DNA of 64,000 nt from Anthoceros angustus (GCA_010909165.1 VJWM01000107.1:1-64000); one strand, 5' to 3'; positions 39,301-51,608 are shown, counted from the first letter of the stretch. A program made the numbers and translations. The notes: generated by a model from the letters alone, not told the origin.

Positions 39301-39785
39301 TCGATTTTATGTCTATCTGTTTTATAATGGCTTGGAATAGTGGTGATCATATGCGTATGTGGAAAAACAGAGGATAAGGCTTACGATGATCTCGATTAGC
39401 AATCAGAACTTATCCGTAAGAGGTATTTGGATCCCAATTTATAAGTTTCTGTACACGGCCCGTTCGAGGGAGAGCAGAGTTCGCCTAGGAGTAAACGACT
39501 ATATGTGTATAGGGGGAAGCTAAGCGGAGCAGGGCCAGGTGAAGGACGTTGTGGGACTGTATATAAACGCTGGGCTTGCTTTTGTTCCGATGCGGATGTT
39601 CCCAATCAGAGGAAGCACGAGCCTCTGTTGTGAAGCGAGCCTTTGTGAAGCTTTTGCAACGAGCTTTGCAAGGAGCTTGTGTGAGACTTTGCAAGGAGCC
39701 TTTGTGTTGCCGAAGGCTTCACAAGGAGAGGGCTCGGTTAAGCTATTGCAGCTATTGCAGCAGCGGGCGGATCGCGGTAGTTCCG

Positions 39786-41456
39786 ATGACAGACTGCAGG
39801 TGTGCTGGGGCAGCCAGCGGCGTCGGAATCAGGCTTGATGCGGGGCTGGGGCGGAAGCAGGAAAGAGAATTCGGCGAGATCAGCAATTTGGGACGGTCGC
39901 TGCGGGGGCAGGTTCGCGGATGGGGATGCTCCAGCAGTTCGGTCCGGCTCACGTCCCCGGGGAGAGTCGGGAGCCCGGGGGTGATTGAAGTAGGCAAAGG
40001 GAAGAGGAGCAGGAGCTGGCCATGGCCGGCCAGGAGCACCTCCGCGGGCTACCACTTCATGGCCCTGGGCCGCTCCAGGCTGGACCTGGAGCATGCATCG
40101 CGGTTGCTCGAGGAATTCCGCGATTCTTGTGCCACTTCCACGGACCTGCTGCGCCTGCTGGTGGACGCGATGGTGGCGGACATGGAGGAGGGGCTGGGGG
40201 CCGAGGGCCGCCGGCTGAAGATGCTGCCGTCGTTTGTGGAGCGGCTGCCGACAGGGGAGGAGACGGGGGTGTATTACGCCTTGGACTTGGGGGGGACCAA
40301 TTTCCGGGTGCTGCGGGCGGAGCTAGGAGGGGCGGACCGGAGGCTGGTGAAGCAAGACTACAAAGAAGTCTCCATCCCGAGCGAGCTCATGATCGGGGGC
40401 AGCGATGCGCTGTTTGATTTCATAGCCGGGAAGCTGGCGGAGTTTGTGGCGTCCGAGGAGGATGGAGGGCCTGGCGCGGATCGGAGGCGGGAGCTTGGCT
40501 TCACCTTCTCTTTCCCTGTCAATCAGACTTCTATCGCGTCCGGGACGCTCATCCACTGGTCCAAGGGCTTCAACGTGGCGGACACCGTGGGGAAGGATGT
40601 CGTGGAGGTGTTGCGGGAGGCAATTGGCCGGCAGGGACTGGACATGCGGGTGGCGGCTCTGGTGAACGACACGGTCGGGACGCTGGCGGGAGGTAGGTAC
40701 TGGAATTCCGATGTCATGGTCGCTGTGATTCTCGGCACCGGGACCAACGCGTGCTACGTGGAGCGGGCGGATGCCGTGGGCAAGTGGACCGGCCCGCTTC
40801 CGCAATGCGGCACCATGGTGATCAATACGGAGTGGGGGAATTTCGACTCCAGGCTTCTTCCCCTCACCTTCGCGGACAAAGGCCTGGATCAAGACACTGT
40901 CAACCCCGGGGATCACGGATTCGAGAAGCTCATTTCGGGAATGTACTTGGGGGATCTGGTGCGCAGGTTCATGTTGCACCTGGCCACGGAGGCGGGGCTC
41001 TTTGGCGATTCCATCCCTGACAAGCTCCTGCAGAAGTTTTCTTTGTCTACTCCCGACATCTCCAAGATGCATTGCGACACCACGCCCGACCTGGACGTGG
41101 TGGCCGCCGTGTTGAAGGATCGGCTAGGGATGCATCACACCACTGCAACCGAGAGAAAGATTGTTGTCTCCATTATTGATGTTGTTGCCAGGAGAGGAGC
41201 CCGACTAGCGGCAGCAGGAGTTGTTGGAATTCTCAAGAAAATTGGCCGGGATGGAGCTGCGGACGGGGCTGGCAAGACCGTCATCGCCATGGACGGCGGC
41301 CTGTACGAGCACTATACGCAATTCCGTGCGTATCTGCATGGAGCTGTGAGTGAGCTTTTAGGAGAGGAGGTTGCCGAGAGCATTGTTATCGCCCTGTCCA
41401 AGGATGGGTCAGGCATTGGTGCAGCACTGCTTGCTGCTTGCCATGCACAGAATTAG
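39786..41456 (+). CDS. HXK: Hexokinase, single exon (possible N-terminal transit peptide; alternative start 40059)
   Basis: Intact motifs LKMLPSFV, ALDLGGTNFRV, LGFTFSFPV, VNDTVGTL, ILGTGTNACY, NTEWGNF, EKLISGMYLG, MDGGLYEHY and KDGSGIGAAL in one uninterrupted frame. Confidence 0.96.
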   Translation: MTDCRCAGAASGVGIRLDAGLGRKQEREFGEISNLGRSLRGQVRGWGCSSSSVRLTSPGRVGSPGVIEVGKGKRSRSWPWPARSTSAGYHFMALGRSRLDLEHASRLLEEFRDSCATSTDLLRLLVDAMVADMEEGLGAEGRRLKMLPSFVERLPTGEETGVYYALDLGGTNFRVLRAELGGADRRLVKQDYKEVSIPSELMIGGSDALFDFIAGKLAEFVASEEDGGPGADRRRELGFTFSFPVNQTSIASGTLIHWSKGFNVADTVGKDVVEVLREAIGRQGLDMRVAALVNDTVGTLAGGRYWNSDVMVAVILGTGTNACYVERADAVGKWTGPLPQCGTMVINTEWGNFDSRLLPLTFADKGLDQDTVNPGDHGFEKLISGMYLGDLVRRFMLHLATEAGLFGDSIPDKLLQKFSLSTPDISKMHCDTTPDLDVVAAVLKDRLGMHHTTATERKIVVSIIDVVARRGARLAAAGVVGILKKIGRDGAADGAGKTVIAMDGGLYEHYTQFRAYLHGAVSELLGEEVAESIVIALSKDGSGIGAALLAACHAQN

Positions 41457-43594
41457 GTTTGAGGTCGGGGCTCTTTCTTACCCTCTCTTTGATTTTTGGT
41501 CACACTCAATAACAATGGCAATGACTCAGCTTTAAGTGACTTATATTAGCACGCAGGCGAAGTGCCTTATGTTAGCATGCAGGCGAAGTTCAACCGTCTT
41601 GTGTGATTCTGGGGGGTGGGGGGCTTGTATTATTATTAGCAAAGCTCACCTCCATAGTTGTGTGTCGGACTTTTCATCCAATGTATTGATTCCATCGCTT
41701 TTTCCGGAATGGCTATGTCATTCATCATTGATTCCATCGGTATCTTCGAAAATTGCTCTGTTTGTTGTGTTTCCCAAAGAGGCTGGTCGTCCCCTCCCTT
41801 TCCCCACCAGCCGGGGGCCCTCCAGATGCCGCCCGGGCTGATATGCAGTAGCCCGTATCATCACTCTCCTGCAGGTATCAGCTCGAGAGTCACTGTTTTA
41901 CTCAGTCACAAGGGTCCCTCGTCCTCGGCATGATCCGTTAGGATAGAGATCAAGTTCTTGTACTGTCTGCTTTAAGAAAATGCGTTCATTTAGGAAATTT
42001 GTGTACAATGCATAAGTTGGCTAGAATAGGAGGGAACATTTTATCGTATCCGAACTGCAGTTCTTGTCAACAAGAACGAAAGGAAGACGAGAATCACTGC
42101 AGTTTGTGGCAACAAGAACGAATGGAAGACGAGATTCTCGCCTCATGGGTCAACCTCAAACCTACCTTCCCTGCTTGTATTGCATAATCTCGGTTGCCAA
42201 ACCATACCTACCTTCCCTGTTGCTAAACCAAACTTGTATGGTCAAGGGGAATCTTGGCACCAGCTTACGTAATCATGTCAAATTCAAAAGGGTGTGAGTT
42301 TGCAGGTAAAGACCCAAAAAAAGTCCTGACCGAGTGAGCTCCAGGCAGCCTATCATAGAAAGGTCCCGTCACTCGAAGTGCAAACTGAACCTAATGCCTG
42401 GTCACATTTATAAGCGGCTAACATCATGTTGCCGAATACATTTTCAATGCTTGTGTGCCAGACCTTGACAAGCAGTCTCACTGCTTCTCCGACATGTCCT
42501 GGAATCAAGTTCCCGAATAACAGAAACCACCAGTGCACCTGCAGTGGCAAAACAGTCTTACCTCAATCCTCACAAAAGAGAGACGGTTGAAGGTGATCGC
42601 AGTCACATCTATGTGCGGCTTCCCCATGCACAACTCTTTCTCCGAACTGCTCTTTCTGTATCAAGTGCCCCTGTCAAATTATCATGAAATGAGAACCTCT
42701 CTCCTCCGGGAGACATGTCCAAGTCACTGAGAGACCAGGACTGCTGATTGCTAGGGGCAATCCTTCACATGCCCTGGGTATGGGCCAGCATTGGGCAGAT
42801 CTTTCCTCATCAGTAATCGATTCCTAGCACACCGCCGCGGGATTTGAACTCGGAGTCCGCTGTTTATCTTATCCACTAGGCTACGGAGCAGGGAAGAAGA
42901 AGAACACATATCATGACATGGCCAGTGTGGCAGTTTACGTGTTGGGTGGTTTGTGGGCTCCACAATTCGAAGGAAATCCGGGATACCATTAGCGTCTGCC
43001 ATCAAGTTCTCCTGCTCGCCCCAAAAGATCCACCACGTATATGCAACAGTCCTCCCTATAAGTAATGCAGTGGTGTCTGCTCATACACTCTACCTCTCCG
43101 TCCCTTGCTCACAAGTCCCACATGACTGCAGACAATCTGTACAGTGAACAATGTGATATGTCTGGCCGCGTGTCATCCTCGGCACCAGGTCGACGATCAT
43201 TTCACTGTCTCCTAGACTGGCTTTGGACACCACATCAACACCTGCTATGTCCCAACCCTCCTCCCTGACTTTCCATGTCAAATAAACTACATACGCGCTG
43301 CATACGCACTTCGAGCCACTCACAGACAACATGAGGAGCCAGTGCCAAGCCTCGGCTTGTGAACTGGCGGTCCTGAAAACAATTTCTAGCCTCTCTTCCA
43401 GGCGCCTCCATGAGTGGAAATATCCAGCAGCTCGGATCCCTGGGGATTTCGACAGGTTCCCCTAATCTTCGGAAACATTTCCTTAAACATGTTCACACCT
43501 ATCAAACCAAGTTAAAATCTCCCCCGGACACAGTAGCTGGGCATCCTCCCGCCGTCTGTTGTTAGACGCATGTTCCGATAGCGGTCCCTCAACG

Positions 43595-46500
43595 ATGGCC
43601 ACAATATGGAAACCGGACCCGTTGTGGACCCAACAAATTGGTGTGCGTCCAGGGATTCTAGTAGGAGCTCCCGCTCACCTCACTTCAGGGACTCGACCCC
43701 TGGCAAACGACAACTCCAGGTGCAGCAGTGTAAGGGGCCAAGCACTTTCATTTCCGATGAAATGTGTGGCTCGGGACGGGTTTTCCAACGATGGTCGTCG
43801 CCAGGAGCAGGAGCACTTGTGGCAACAATTTTTTCCGTCTAACATAGTGTATTTCACTTGCCGGAGCCAGCTTGGGTTGATGGGTTTCCTTGGATATGCA
43901 GATGGGTCATGGTGCCTCTCCTTCCAAGTCGAGCTCTCCTGATAAGCCTGAACCTGGCAGGCTTGCAGAATTGGAAATGGGCTCCAGGTGCAGCGGTGTA
44001 AGGACCCCAGCACTTCCACTTCCGAGAAAATGTGTGGTGGGGACAGGATTTCCAGCGATGGTCGTTGCCAGGAGCAGGAGCACTTGTGGCAGCATTTTTT
44101 TCTGGACCCTACCTTGTGGTGGGACAACAGACGAGATAAGAAGAGCTCCCGCTCACCTCACTTCAGGGACTCGACCCTGGCAAACGACAACCCAGGTGCA
44201 GCAGTGTAAGGGGCCAAGCACTTCCGATGAAATGTGTGGCTCAGGACGGGTTTTCCAACGATGGTCGTCGCCAGGAGCAGGAGCACTTGTGGCAACAATT
44301 TTTTCCGTCTAACATAGTGTATTTCACTTGCCGGAGCCAGCTTGGGTTGATGGGTTTCCTTGGATATGCAGATGGGTCATGGTGCCTCTCCTTCCAAGTC
44401 GAGCTCTCCTGATAAGCCTGAACCTGGCAGGCTTGCAGAATTGGAAATGGGCTCCAGGTGCAGCGGTGTAAGGACCCCAGCACTTCCACTTCCGAGAAAA
44501 TGTGTGGGTGGGGACGGGATTTCCAGCGATGGTCGTTGCCAGGAGCAGGAGCACTTGTGGCAGCATTTTTTTCTGGACCCTACCTTGTGGTGGGACAACA
44601 GACGAGATAAGAAGAGCTCCCGCTCGCCTGACTTCCGGCGCAAGGGATCAGGCGAGGTCCTGTGGTTAGACAACATGTATAAGCCAGCTTGGGTTGATGG
44701 GCAGCTTGTTTCCTTGGATATGCAGATGGGTCATGGTCCCTCTTCTTCCAAGTCGAGCTCTCCAGATAAGCGTGAAACTGGGAGGGGTGCAGGCTCGGAA
44801 ATGGGCGTCGTGGGCATGTTATGTCAGCAGGGGAAGCTTTCGGAGGCCGTTGAAGCCCTGGAATCTCGGGCGCTGTCAGACTCTGCTATTCCTCAGTCTC
44901 TGTTTTACACTGTGCTAAAACTGTGTATAGCTAAGAAGGATTTGGTTGTGGGTCGACGAGTTCATGATCTCGCCGTCAAACTTGGGTACGACTCGAATGC
45001 ATACCTGGGGAACCATATCTTGCGCATGTATGCATGTGGCGGTAAGCTAGAGGAGGCCATCGAAGTGTTCACCAGGGTGGCCAAACCAGATGCCTTCATG
45101 TGGTTTTCCATAATCTCCGCATACGCTAAGCATGGGAAACCTAATGAGGCCATACAACTGTACCATGAGATGCGTAGATCAGGAGTGAAGCCGAATGCTC
45201 ACGTCTTTGTAGCTGTCCTTCAAGCTTGTGCATTTGCCTCCGACTTGGAATCTGGCAAAAAAGTGCACTGTGATGTATTGCACAGTGGCATTCCTCCTGA
45301 CTTGTTTCTTGGTACCTGCCTGGTGGACATGTATGCAAAATGTGGTGAACTGAAAGATGCGCGCCTGGTTTTTGACAGCTTGGCCACAAAGGATGTGGTG
45401 ACATGGAATGCCCTGATAGCTGGGTATGCAAAATGTGGTGAACTGAAGATGCACAGGTTTTGACAGCATGGCCACAAAGGATGTGGTGACATGGACCCCT
45501 GATAGCTGGGTATGCACAGCAAGGACTCGGACATGAGGCACTTGTTCTGTATGGACAAATGGAGCAGGAGGGCCTGATTTTGGCTAACCATGTTACTTTT
45601 GCTTGCCTTCTGAAGGCCTGTGCAAGCACTGGTGCCTTACAGAAGGGCAGGCAGCTGCACTCACAGATTGTTGAAGAGGACTGCTGGATGACGTAATGTT
45701 GGGCAACTGCCTGGTGGACATGTATGCAAAATGTGGTGAACTGGAAGATGCACGCCAGGTTTTGACAGCATGGCCACAAAGGATGTGGTGAGTTGGAATG
45801 CCCTGATTGCTGGGTATGCACAGCAAGGACTCGGCCAAGAGGCGCTTGTATTGTATGGACAAATAGAGGAGGCGGGTCTTATTGTGGCTGACGATGTTAC
45901 TTTTGCTTGCCTTCTGAAGGCCTGTGGAACCACTGGTGCCTTACAGAAGGGCAGGCAGCTGCACTCACAGATTGTCAAAAGAGCACTGCTGGATAATGTT
46001 GTGTTGGGCAACTGCCTGGTGGACATGTATGCAAAATGTGGTGAACTGCACGATGCACGCGAGGTTTTTGACAGCTTGGCCTCAAAGGACGTGGTGACAT
46101 GGACGGCGCTGATTGCTGGGTATGCACAGCAAGAGCTTGGCGAAGAGGCGCTTGTTCTGTATGGAAAAATGGAGCAAGAAGGGCTCCTTTTGGCTAACCA
46201 TGTTACTTTTGCTTGCCTTCTGAAGGCCTGTGCAAGCACTGGTGCCTTACAGAAGGGCAGGCAGCTGCACTCACAGATTGTGGGAAGAGGACTGCTGGAT
46301 AACGTAGTGTTGGGCACCTGCCTGGTGGACATGTATGCAAAATGTGGTGAACTGGAAGATGCACGCCAGGTTTTGACAGCATGAACACAAAGGATGTGGT
46401 GACATGGAATGCCCTGATATCTGGGTATGGTACTTGTGATGATGGTCAGAGGCACTAGCTTGTTTTGAGGAGATGTTAGTTGCCGGTATTCAGCCTGATG

Positions 46501-49078
46501 GTGCTACTTTTACTTGCCTTCTAGTAGCATGCAGTCATGAGGACTGGTCCTGAGGGTCGCAAGCACTTTGATTCCATGGCTGAACAGCATGGCATCAAAC
46601 CTACTATTGAGCATTACTGCATGATTGATCTTCTTGGGCGTGCAGGCCATTTAGATGAGGCAGAAGATGCTATTATCATGTGAGGCCAAAGTAATGTTGT
46701 GGGCTTGACGTCTTTGTTGAATGCCTGCAAAAGTCACGGGATATAGAGAGGGCGATGTGGTGTTTTGAAAGCATTGTTAGGCTGGACCCCAGGATGCGTG
46801 CATATGTGCTCATGGCCAATGCCTACGCAGATGCAGGTAGGTGGACCGATGTAGACAGGATTGAAACACAGAGAATGGTAGCAGGAGCTAACAAGAAACC
46901 TGCAGTGGCGACCATTGAGGTGAATAAGCAGGTACATAGATTTCTGGTGGGAGAAAGAGGACTGCTGGATAATGTTGTGTTGGGCAACTGCCTGGTGGAC
47001 ATGTATGCAAAATGTGGTGAACTGGAAGATGCACGCCAGGTTTTGACAGCTTGGCCACAAAGGATGTGGTGTTGAAGCCTGTGTGAGAAGGAAAAGGAAG
47101 ATGCACGCCAGGTTTTGACAGCATGGCCACAAAGGATGTGGTGACATGGAATGCCCTGATATCTGGGTATGCAAAATGTGGTGACATGGACCGCCCTGAT
47201 TGCTGGGTATGCAAAATGTGGTGAACTGAAGATGCACGCCAGGTTTTTGACAGCATGGCCACAAAGGATGTGGTGACATGGAATGCCCTGATAGCTGGGT
47301 ATGCACAGCAAGGACTCGGACATGAGGCACTTGTTCTGTATGGACAAATGGAGCAGGAGGGGCTGATTTTGGCTAACCATGTTACTTTTGCTTGCCTTCT
47401 GAAGGCCTGTGGAAGCACTGGTGCCTTACAGAAGGGCAGGCAGCTGCACTCACTGATTGTTGAAAGAGGACTGCTGGATGACGTAATGTTGGGCAACTGC
47501 CTGGTGGACATGTATGCAAAATGTGGTGAACTGGAAGATGCACGCCAGGTTTTCAACAGCTTGGCCTCAAAGGATGTGGTGAGTTGGAATGCCCTGATTG
47601 CTGGGTATGCACAGCAAGGACTCGGCCAAGAGGCGCTTGTATTGTATGGACAAATGGAGCAGGAGGGCCTGATTTTGGCTAACCATGTTACTTTTGCTTG
47701 CCTTCTGAAGGCCTGGTGCCTTACAGAAGGGCAGGCAGCTGCACTCACAGATTGTCAAAGAGGACTGCTGGATAATGTTGTGTTGGGCAACTGCCTGGTG
47801 GACATGTATGCAAAATGTGGTGAACTGGAAGATGCACGCCAGGTTTTGACAGCTTGGCCACAAAGGATGTGGTGACATGGAATGCCCTGATTGCTGGGTA
47901 TGCACAGCAAGGACTCCAAGAGGCGCTTGTTCTGTATGGACAAATGGAGCAGGAGGGCCTTTGGCTGACCATGTTACTTTTGCTTGCCTTCTGAAGGCCT
48001 GTGCAAGCACTGGTGCCTTACAGAAGGGCAGGCAGCTGCACTCACAGATTGTCAAAGAGGACTGCTGGATGACGTGTTGGGCACCTGCCTGGTGGACATG
48101 TATGCAAAATGTGGTGAACTGGAAGATGCACGCCAGGTTTTTGACAGCATGAACACAAAGAATGTGGTGACATGGAATTCCCTGATATCTGGGTATGGTA
48201 CTTGTGATGATGGTCAGGAAGCGCTAGCTTGTTTTGAGGAGATGATAGTTGCCGGTATTCAGCCTGATGGTGCTACTTTTACTTGCCTTCTAGCAGCATG
48301 CAGTCATGAAGGACTAGTCCTCGAGGGTCGCAAGCTCTTCGATTCCATGGCTGAACGGCATGGGATCAAGCCTACTATCGAGCATTACGCATGCATGATT
48401 GATCTTCTTGGGCGTGCGGGTCTTTTAGATGAGGCAGAGAAGATGCTATTATCATGTGAGGGCCAAAGTAATGTTGTGTGCTTGACGTCTTTGTTGAATG
48501 TCTGCAAAAGTCACGGGAATATAGAGAGGGCGATGTGGTGTTTTGAAAGTATTGTTAGGCTGGACCCCCAGGATGCGTCGGCATATGTGCTCATGGCAAA
48601 CGCCTACGCAGATGCAGGTAGGTGGACCGATGTAGACAGGATTGAAACCCAGAGAATGGTAGCAGGAGCTAAAAAGAAACCTGCAGTGGCAACCATTGAG
48701 GTGAATAAGCAGGTGCATAGATTTCTCGTAGGAGAACGGAGAGAGGATATTGCGCTCAAGGCAGAGAGCACGAATGCACGTCTGAAGCAGGAAGGAGGCC
48801 ACATACCTCACACAAAGTTGGTGTTGAAGCCTGTGTGTGAGAAGGAAAAGGAAGATGCGCTTTGTGGGCATGCTGAGAAACTAGCCCTGGCGTTTGGTCT
48901 CTTGAACACTGCAAGTGGAACACCTCTGGTTGTAACGAAGAATCTACGCATGTGCAGTGACTGCCACAGTTCCACGGAGATCATGTCCAGGCTCGAACAT
49001 AGAGACATTGTTGTAAGGGATGGGTACCGTGTGCATAGATTCGCAGCTGGTTGTTGCAGTTGTAAGGGTCGGCACTGA
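43595..49078 (+). CDS. PLS-class PPR RNA-editing factor with N-terminal PDF motif(s) and C-terminal E1-E2-DYW:KP domain; frameshifted and duplicated in this assembly
   Basis: [20 protein letters not shown] (44583-44645), repeated S-P-L triplets, and [11 protein letters not shown]...[11 protein letters not shown]...MCSDCH...CSCKGRH-stop. The last ~330 codons are open. It is either one gene with artefactual duplication or two tandem copies. Confidence 0.85.
43664..44628. repeat. ~475 bp tandem duplication in the PPR 5' region
   Basis: GAGCTCCCGCTCACCTCACTTCAGGGACTCGACC at 43665 and 44143, with near-identical downstream sequence. Confidence 0.9.
45300..48190 (+). repeat. Near-identical ~306 bp S-P-L PPR triplet array
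   Basis: CTGCCTGGTGGACATGTATGCAAAATGTGGTGAACTG recurs at ~45316, 45706, 46012, 46317, 46988, 47497, 47790 and 48085. Confidence 0.92.
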
Positions 49079-49355
49079 GAGAATTATGAAGAACTAGAGA
49101 GACGCTAATGGTCACTACAAAGTATGTAAATGTGGGGCGCTCTTCCCGACGCACACCTACAACCTGCAGCTTTAGGTCTCCTGGCGCCATCTTCAGTTGC
49201 GGTTCGCCCCATCATTCATGTATGTATGCCGGCCCTCTCGGTTATCCGTCTACGGGCATAATAAGGAGACCGGAGCCGGCGGGCAGGCGGTTCGTTGTAC
49301 GGTATTCCTTTGAATTACGGAACTGGCCAATGATGCGTATTCGTCGTGCTCTTCC

Positions 49356-49434
49356 CGCCTTATAGCTTAGGGGATAAGACATGAACTGCCATCTAACCAT
49401 GTAGCGGACGCCGGGTTCGAATCCCGCAGCAGGA
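49356..49434 (+). other. Degenerate tRNA-like sequence (A-box/B-box); pseudo-tRNA or SINE head
   Basis: TAGCTTAGGGG at 49363 and GGGTTCGAATCCC at 49413. The acceptor stem does not pair. Confidence 0.35.
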
Positions 49435-49483
49435 TTCGATTAATAATGAAGGAGATTTGCCTGCCAGTAAAATCTTGAACCTT

Positions 49484-50883
49484 TCAACGACAGTAATCAG
49501 GGAGGCTTGAGGGGCTTGAGGATGGCTGGTCCTCGCTGCCGAAAGCTTCCGGTTCGAACAGTCTTGCTGAAGCGTCGCTGTAGGGGGACCCGATGCTTAC
49601 TTCAGGCCCTTCATCCTCGCCAACGTCGGCCGTGTAGCGCGGGGCAGACTCGTGGACGCTCAGGAAAAGGAGGATGCAGGCTGTGAGGGATATGCCGAGA
49701 GCAGTTAGCGTGCCCTTCAACCTATTCAGAACTGGCTTGACCTGATGCAGTCCACGACGGGTGCGTGAGAGATTTGATGAGAACAACTCCACTCCGAAGC
49801 TGTTGTTGGGCCAATAGCAGCCAAGCTACTCACCTCGTGGACTCCAAGAAGCCGATCACGAGTCATGACTTCCCTAGGTTTCGCCCAGACCTGCACGACA
49901 TGCCGCATGTTAGACAGAAGGAAACCACAAGAAGTTGCTTCACAAAATCGAGCTCAAGCTGGCATACCTCTCCATCGTACCATCCACTCTCCTCATCTGC
50001 AGCACAAGCGAAGCGTAGAGCCGGAATTGGAGGTAAGAACTTCATCTGAAACGTGATCAAGAACTTGGCATGCTATCACAATCTGGTTGGCTACTGTAAC
50101 TCTGATTGTAAGGCATAAACACCAGAGCAGGGTCGGGGACGCAGCCAACCAAGGTGAACTCACTGGTTTCACATTCCAAAGTTAGTCACGCAACCGGGAC
50201 AGAGGCGTACACTCGACAGTGGCGCTGAAGAGACGATTTCCAACATGGGACCAGCCAATGTAGAGCCTGACTGCGACCAAAGTGGCGGCCACAATTCCCG
50301 CACAAATGGCTGCCAGGGCACACTCCCAGGGCTCGTCACCTTGGCTGATGCTAACGGCAGCAATTGGCCATCCCAGCAGCCCCGACACGGCCACACCTAT
50401 GGCAGCCAGCTTCAAGGAAAACGTCTTCACATCCTCTGCGGCCCAGGCGAACATGAATGACTGCAGCAACACCTGATACTCATTCACTGGCTGTTGTTCC
50501 CAAGGAACAGGACACTCCACCCACTGGCTGCCATCTGCGTACAGAGGATCCAAGTTGGGGACTCTGTCCCGTCCTCCCCCTCCGCTTCCATTCCGACCTT
50601 TCCTCGCCCGGGCCTCAATGCACAAGGCACGCCCAACGCTCTTACAAGCAAATTGACGACGACGGACCGACTTCAAGCTCAAGCACCATCCGTATCCCAA
50701 GTTGCCTACCAAATGGCCACCACAATTTCGCAATTCAGACCCCATACTTGCTGTAGGAAGAACATAGCTACTCACTGGAGCCCGCCAAAAAGCCGAATAC
50801 GTGATCTGGGGAATGGAGTTGGAGCAAATGCGCGCTTCTCCAACTGGCAAATTGCTTTGAAGAAGGCTCGAGGTGGCAGCCAT
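49484..50883 (-). CDS. CGLD27: CGLD27 / Ycf36-like (DUF1230) chloroplast protein, 4 exons (50883-~50210, 49996-49968, 49890-49834, 49741-49484)
   Basis: Spliced product CPVPWEQQPVNEY...RLYIGWSHVGNRLFSATVEYEESGWYDGEVWAKPREVMTRDRLLGVHEVKPVLNRLK with GT-AG introns and a Ser-rich transit-peptide-like N-terminus. Confidence 0.9.
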
Positions 50884-51608
50884 GGTGCCCCAAGCGAGGA
50901 AGGCCGGCGAATGCCACCGGCCACAAGATTGGGCCGGAAAGTCTCATATTTAAATCTTAGTTTCGGAAGTCAGGCCTAGGTCATTTGTTATGTATTTTTC
51001 TTCACTTCGTTCCGAAACCCTCCATTCTTCGCCCTCCATCCATGTGTATCGAATAAAGCGGCCCTCCATATCTACCAAAGTGGTGGGAGAAGCTTGGCCA
51101 TGGCCTCCTTCTCCCATCCACCTACGCCGTTCACCAGTCTTCGTAGTCCACATTGTACACTTATGAAAACTATATTGGAAACCTTCATAGAGCTTGTAAT
51201 GCGTCAGGTGTGGACTGAAATTTTCATGACCTGGAACCTATTAAGAGAGCATGCTCGAATTGTGGAGAAAATTTATGGTATTTTTATTGCAGACTCCACA
51301 AACCTAGGAAAGAACTTGAGTAGAGTATGGAAATCGAACAAGATCAATCACACTGGTTTTGGAGATATCTTTGTAAAGATAATCAAGTTTCCAATCTTTA
51401 ATGAGAAATCATATGATGTTTGTGAAGTTAGAGAAGTTATGCTCATTGTGTTAAACTGGTGCAAGAACTTCTCTTTGTGCGTGAAGGGTATCTATCATCC
51501 AGAGTATTGGATGGCGGGGACTTAGGTTTTACATTGATCCATCATTTCACAATATTGGTTTTTCTTAGGTCAAGTCTTATCACAACTTGTTGGCAATTCA
51601 GAGATGCA

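Noticed and set aside
39576-39785. 626-aa hexokinase start as given in the ORF track
   Set aside because: It begins at a non-ATG codon; the first in-frame ATG is at 39786.
40323-41072. 249-aa antisense ORF (and similar antisense ORFs over the PPR array)
   Set aside because: These are shadow frames of GC-rich or repetitive coding sequence.
42300-43500. Possible minus-strand pseudogene
   Set aside because: Coding-like composition, but there are stops in all frames and no family I can name.
51459-51608. N-terminal extension of the carrier
   Set aside because: Non-ATG start; family similarity begins at MGWKGF (51609).
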